This document shows positions 28,838-32,000 of a stretch of 32,000 nt of DNA, piece after piece; position 1 is the first letter of the stretch; the number at the start of each line of letters is the position of its first letter. The DNA lies in NCBI RefSeq assembly GCF_001457615.1, contig NZ_LN831024.1, positions 5,850,001-5,882,000 of the forward strand, given 5' to 3'. The notes beneath the pieces are model-generated. The model made no database searches and had not been told where the DNA came from. It saw only the letters and a list, made by a program, of their open reading frames with translations. A program made the position numbers and the translations under genes. The stretch is from Pseudomonas aeruginosa. GTDB taxonomy: Bacteria; Pseudomonadota; Gammaproteobacteria; Pseudomonadales; Pseudomonadaceae.

Positions 28838-29614
28838 AGCAGCGCGCGGCAGGGCCAGGAAGGAGCCGTTGAGGTAGTCCTCGCGCGGCTCGTAGGTGAA
28901 TGGCGCGCCATGCAGGTCGAGCACCTCGCCGCCGGCGCCTTCCAGCACACCCTGGGCGGCGGCCGTGTCCCATTGCGAGGTTGGCGTCAGGCGCGGATAG
29001 CAGTCGGCAGCGCCCTCGGCCAGCAGGCAGAACTTCAGCGAACTGCCGATGCTGGCTCGCCGCAGGTCGCCGAAGCGCTCGCTCAAGCCATCCAGCAGGC
29101 GCTCCTGGGCCGGGCTGCCATGGCGCTTGCTGGCCACCACGGTGAAGGCCTCCTCGGGCTCCAGGCGCACACTGATCGGTTGCGCGCGGCCATCGGCCTC
29201 CTCGCGCCAGGCACCGAGACCGGCGCCACCGTAGTAGCAGCGGCCGCTCACCGGCACGCCGACCAGACCGAACAGCACCCGGCCATCCTCGACCAGGGCC
29301 ACGTTGACGGTGAACTCCTCGCTACCGGAGATGAACTCCTTGGTGCCGTCCAGCGGGTCCACCAGCCACCAGCGCCGCCAGTGGCCGCGCTCGCTCAGCG
29401 GTATCTCGCAATCCTCTTCGGAAAGCACCGGAATGTCCGGCGCCAGCGCCCGCAACCCCGCCTCCAATATATGGTGCGCGGACAGGTCGGCGGCGGTAAC
29501 CGGCGATTCGTCGGCCTTCGAGCGCACCGCCACGTCGGCGCGCCAGTGCGGCAGGATCGCCTCGCCGGCGCGCCGCACCAGCGCCACCAATTCGCCCCAG
29601 GGCACCGGCCTCAT
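28793..29614 (-). CDS. cysQ: 3'(2'),5'-bisphosphate nucleotidase
   Basis: Start at ATG 29614 (MRPVPWGELVALVRRAGEAIL...), overlapping the nudE stop (ATGA). 273 aa. IMPase-family motifs WLVDPLDGT and SLKFCLLAEG are present. The 5' extension of the listed 395-aa ORF overlaps nudE out of frame. Confidence 0.9.
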   Translation of the reverse strand: MRPVPWGELVALVRRAGEAILPHWRADVAVRSKADESPVTAADLSAHHILEAGLRALAPDIPVLSEEDCEIPLSERGHWRRWWLVDPLDGTKEFISGSEEFTVNVALVEDGRVLFGLVGVPVSGRCYYGGAGLGAWREEADGRAQPISVRLEPEEAFTVVASKRHGSPAQERLLDGLSERFGDLRRASIGSSLKFCLLAEGAADCYPRLTPTSQWDTAAAQGVLEGAGGEVLDLHGAPFTYEPREDYLNGSFLALPRAAEWRSELIQLARALH

Positions 29615-30177
29615 GCCTGGTACTCGCCGCGCTGGGTGAGCAGGTCGCGCACCAGGTACAGCGCGGCCAGGGCGCGGCCTTCGCTGAACTGGGCGTGCTG
29701 GGCCAGGCTCGACAGTTCGCGCAGGCTGATGCGATCGACGCCCATCGGCTCCGGCTCGTCGCCCGGCAGGCGCTCCTCGTAGAGGTCGCGCGCCAGCACC
29801 ACCTGGATGCGCTGGCTCATGTAGCCCGGCGACAGCGACAGTTCGGTGATGTGCTCCAGTTGCCGGGCACCGTAGCCCGCTTCCTCCTTGAGCTCGCGGT
29901 TGGCCGCCGCGAGGATGTCCTCGCCCGGCTCGACCAGGCCCTTGGGCAGCGACAACTGGTATTCGTCGACCCCGGCGCAATATTCCTCCACCAGCACCGC
30001 GTGCTCGGCATCGAGCATGGCCACCACCATCACCGCACCGTAGCCCTGGCCCTTGCCGACCAGACGCTCGTAGGTGCGCTCGACGCCATTGCTGAAGCGC
30101 AGTTGCAACTCCTCGACAGCGAACAGTCGGCTCTTCGCGACGATCTCGCTGGCGAGTACGGTGGGTTTCTGACGCAT
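29611..30177 (-). CDS. nudE: Nudix hydrolase (ADP compounds hydrolase NudE/YrfE-like)
   Basis: Start at ATG 30177 (MRQKPTVLASEIVAK...), with AAGGAG upstream. 188 aa. Nudix box GLVEPGEDILAAANRELKEEAGY. The nudE-yrfG neighbourhood is as in enterobacteria. Confidence 0.8.
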   Translation of the reverse strand: MRQKPTVLASEIVAKSRLFAVEELQLRFSNGVERTYERLVGKGQGYGAVMVVAMLDAEHAVLVEEYCAGVDEYQLSLPKGLVEPGEDILAAANRELKEEAGYGARQLEHITELSLSPGYMSQRIQVVLARDLYEERLPGDEPEPMGVDRISLRELSSLAQHAQFSEGRALAALYLVRDLLTQRGEYQA

Positions 30178-30302
30178 GTGGATAACTCCTTGGCGAAGCC
30201 GGCGGGTTATCATACCCCGGCTTTTCCGATTATCCCTGTCGGAGATTGATGGGAAGCGACAGATTTCCGCATCGATCGCGACGAACCGCGACAAGAGCCG
30301 CC

Positions 30303-30968
30303 ATGCCCACCCTGCCCTGGTCCGCCATCGACACCGTGCTGCTCGACATGGACGGCACCCTGCTCGACCTGCACTTCGACAACCACTTCTGGCTGGAACA
30401 CCTGCCCCAGCGCTATGCCGAACGCAACGGCCTGAGTCGCACCGAAGCCGACGCCGTGCTCGAGCCGCTGTTCCGCGAACACGCCGGCCAGCTCAACTGG
30501 TACTGCCTGGATTTCTGGAGCCGGGAACTGGACCTGTCGATCCGCGAACTCAAGCACGAGGTGGCGCACCTGATCTCGCTGCGTCCGCACGCCGATACCT
30601 TCCTCGCCGCCCTGCGCCGGGCCGGCAAGCGCGTGGCGCTGATCACCAACGCGCACCGCGACTCGCTGTCGCTGAAGCTGGAACGGATCGAACTGGCGCC
30701 CTATTTCGACCGACTGATCAGCTCCCACGACTACGGCTACCCGAAGGAGGACGCGCGCTTCTGGAGCGCCCTGCAAGCCGATTTCGGCTTCGACCCGCAG
30801 CGCAGCCTGTTCATCGACGACAGCCTGCCGATCCTGCGCAGCGCCCGCGCCTATGGTGTCGCCCACCTGTTGGCGGTACGCCACCCGGACAGCCGTGGCC
30901 AGGTCCGGGACACCGAGGAGTTCGCCGCCCAGGAGGACTACCGGCGGCTGCTCGAAGGACTGCCGTAG
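30303..30968 (+). CDS. yrfG: HAD-superfamily hydrolase (YrfG-like nucleotidase)
   Basis: Start at ATG 30303 (MPTLPWSAIDTVLLDMDGTLLDL). HAD motif I DMDGT, motif II ITNA and motif IV FIDDS are present. 221 aa. Confidence 0.75.
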   Translation: MPTLPWSAIDTVLLDMDGTLLDLHFDNHFWLEHLPQRYAERNGLSRTEADAVLEPLFREHAGQLNWYCLDFWSRELDLSIRELKHEVAHLISLRPHADTFLAALRRAGKRVALITNAHRDSLSLKLERIELAPYFDRLISSHDYGYPKEDARFWSALQADFGFDPQRSLFIDDSLPILRSARAYGVAHLLAVRHPDSRGQVRDTEEFAAQEDYRRLLEGLP

Positions 30969-30974
30969 CCGCGG

Positions 30975-31002
30975 AAACGAAAACCCCGCCACGCGGGCGG
31001 GG
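30975..31002 (-). terminator. Intrinsic terminator between convergent yrfG-like and kbp genes
   Basis: ccccgcc (30984-30990) pairs with ggcgggg (30996-31002). On the minus strand it is followed by ttttcgtttcc. Confidence 0.7.
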
Positions 31003-31019
31003 TTGGCGAAACGCCGGGA

Positions 31020-31457
31020 TCACTCGGGAATGCGCAGGACCTGGCCGGGGTAGATCTTGTCCGGATGGCTGAGCATCGGCTTGTTGGCCTCGAAGATCTT
31101 CATGTAGGCGTTGGCATTGCCGTATTCGGCCTTGGCGATGGCGCTCAGGGTGTCGCCTTTCTTCACGGTGACGAAGCGCGCCTCCGGAGCGGCCTGGGCC
31201 ACGGTGATCTTGTCTTCCACCGAGGAGACGCCGGCGACGTTGCCCAGCGCCAGCAGGATCTTCTCTTTCTCCTCCTGGCTGGCCACCTCGCCCGAGGCGA
31301 TGACCTTGTCGCCTTCCACCGAAACCTGGATGTTCGGGTTGCCCAGGCCGACCTTGGCGACGTGCTCCTTCAGCGACTCGGCCGCCTGTGCCTCATGCCC
31401 CGTCAGCGTATCCCACAGCTTTTCACCGGCTTCCTTCACGAACGCGAAAATACCCAT
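31020..31457 (-). CDS. kbp: BON + LysM domain protein (potassium-binding protein Kbp/YgaU homologue)
   Basis: Start at ATG 31457 (MGIFAFVKEAGEKLWD...). 145 aa. It is near-collinear with the recalled E. coli YgaU/Kbp, including GDTLSAIAK..YGNAN.Y.KIFEANKPML..PDKIYPGQVLRIPE. Confidence 0.88.
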   Translation of the reverse strand: MGIFAFVKEAGEKLWDTLTGHEAQAAESLKEHVAKVGLGNPNIQVSVEGDKVIASGEVASQEEKEKILLALGNVAGVSSVEDKITVAQAAPEARFVTVKKGDTLSAIAKAEYGNANAYMKIFEANKPMLSHPDKIYPGQVLRIPE

Positions 31458-31630
31458 CTTTGGTTCTCCCTTTACGGTTACGGTTGCAAGCGGCCGGCGC
31501 AATCCCGATCCGCGACTAGCCAAGTCTAGACTGCAAAAACCGGCGAAATATCCCCAGGCTCCTTCGTCACCCCATAACACTGCGCCCATTCGCGTTAAGA
31601 TTCGGCGACACCCCCGCCACGGAAGCGCCG

Positions 31631-32000
31631 ATGGACATCAAGCAACTGAAATTCCTCTGCGCCCTCGACGAAACCCGCCACTTCGGCCAGGCCGCCGCGC
31701 GCTGCCACGTCACCCAGCCGACCCTGTCCATGCGCCTGCGCAGCCTGGAGGAAGAACTCGGCCTGGAACTGGTGCGACGCAGCCAGCGCTTCGAAGGCTT
31801 CACCGAGGCCGGCGAGCGCGTACTGGCCTGGGCACGCAGCCTGCTGGCGGCCCAGGAAGGGCTGTACGCGGAAGCCGCCGCCTGCCGCGGGCAACTGGTC
31901 GGGACCCTGCGCCTGGGCGTGGTGCCGCTGGCCAGCTTCGACCCGATGCGCCTGGTCCAGCACATGGCCGGGCGCCACCCGGAGTTGCGTTTCCAGCTCT
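31631..32000 (+). CDS. LysR-family transcriptional regulator; 3' end outside the window
   Basis: My own translation from ATG 31631 is MDIKQLKFLCALDETRHFGQAAARCHVTQPTLSMRLRSLEEELGLELV..., a typical LysR N-terminal HTH. It is absent from the ORF track because there is no stop in the window. Confidence 0.85.
   Translation, partial: MDIKQLKFLCALDETRHFGQAAARCHVTQPTLSMRLRSLEEELGLELVRRSQRFEGFTEAGERVLAWARSLLAAQEGLYAEAAACRGQLVGTLRLGVVPLASFDPMRLVQHMAGRHPELRFQL

Noticed and set aside
28793-29980. The 395-aa version of the cysQ ORF, and the 227-aa version of nudE (29611..30294).
   Set aside because: The N-terminal extensions are Arg/Pro/Gly-rich and overlap the upstream gene or promoter. Internal ATGs at 29614 and 30177 give proteins of family-typical length, with stop/start coupling or a good SD.

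Overview
The window is high-GC Pseudomonas aeruginosa chromosome. By my recollection of the PAO1 map it is collinear with PA5152-PA5179. Gene content in order:
- A basic-amino-acid ABC importer (ATPase, binding protein, two permeases) and a methyltransferase-like hypothetical.
- A MarR-opmG-emrA/emrB-like efflux operon and tRNA-Thr(UGU).
- rmlBDAC, dctBD and dctPQM (TRAP transporter), arcDABC and fabY.
- On the minus strand, cysQ and nudE; then a yrfG-like HAD hydrolase, kbp/ygaU and the start of a LysR regulator.

Nearly everything is ordinary core genome. The many long antisense or out-of-frame ORFs in the track are high-GC artefacts.

The only clearly accessory DNA is a ~1.35 kb lower-GC islet (27441-28788) between fabY and cysQ.
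- It is bracketed by 47/49-bp direct repeats of the cysQ 3' end, which looks like an att-type integration scar.
- It carries the last ~65 codons of a gene. By eye these align with the C-terminal catalytic region of colicin M-type lipid II-degrading bacteriocins.
- It also carries an intact convergent gene for a 6-TM membrane protein. I interpret this as a candidate orphan immunity gene.
- It supplies a new bidirectional terminator for cysQ.

The second notable item lies downstream of dctM. It is a perfect sigma-54 promoter with UAS-like sites placed as at dctP. An intrinsic terminator follows ~175 bp later, which suggests a DctD/RpoN-dependent small RNA.

Smaller observations:
- A consensus ANR box upstream of the canonical arc box.
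- Paired DnaA-box-like modules in an AT-rich spacer.
- MarR operator palindromes.
- A hairpin that sequesters the dctB start codon.

I saw no CRISPR array, integrase, transposase or rRNA.
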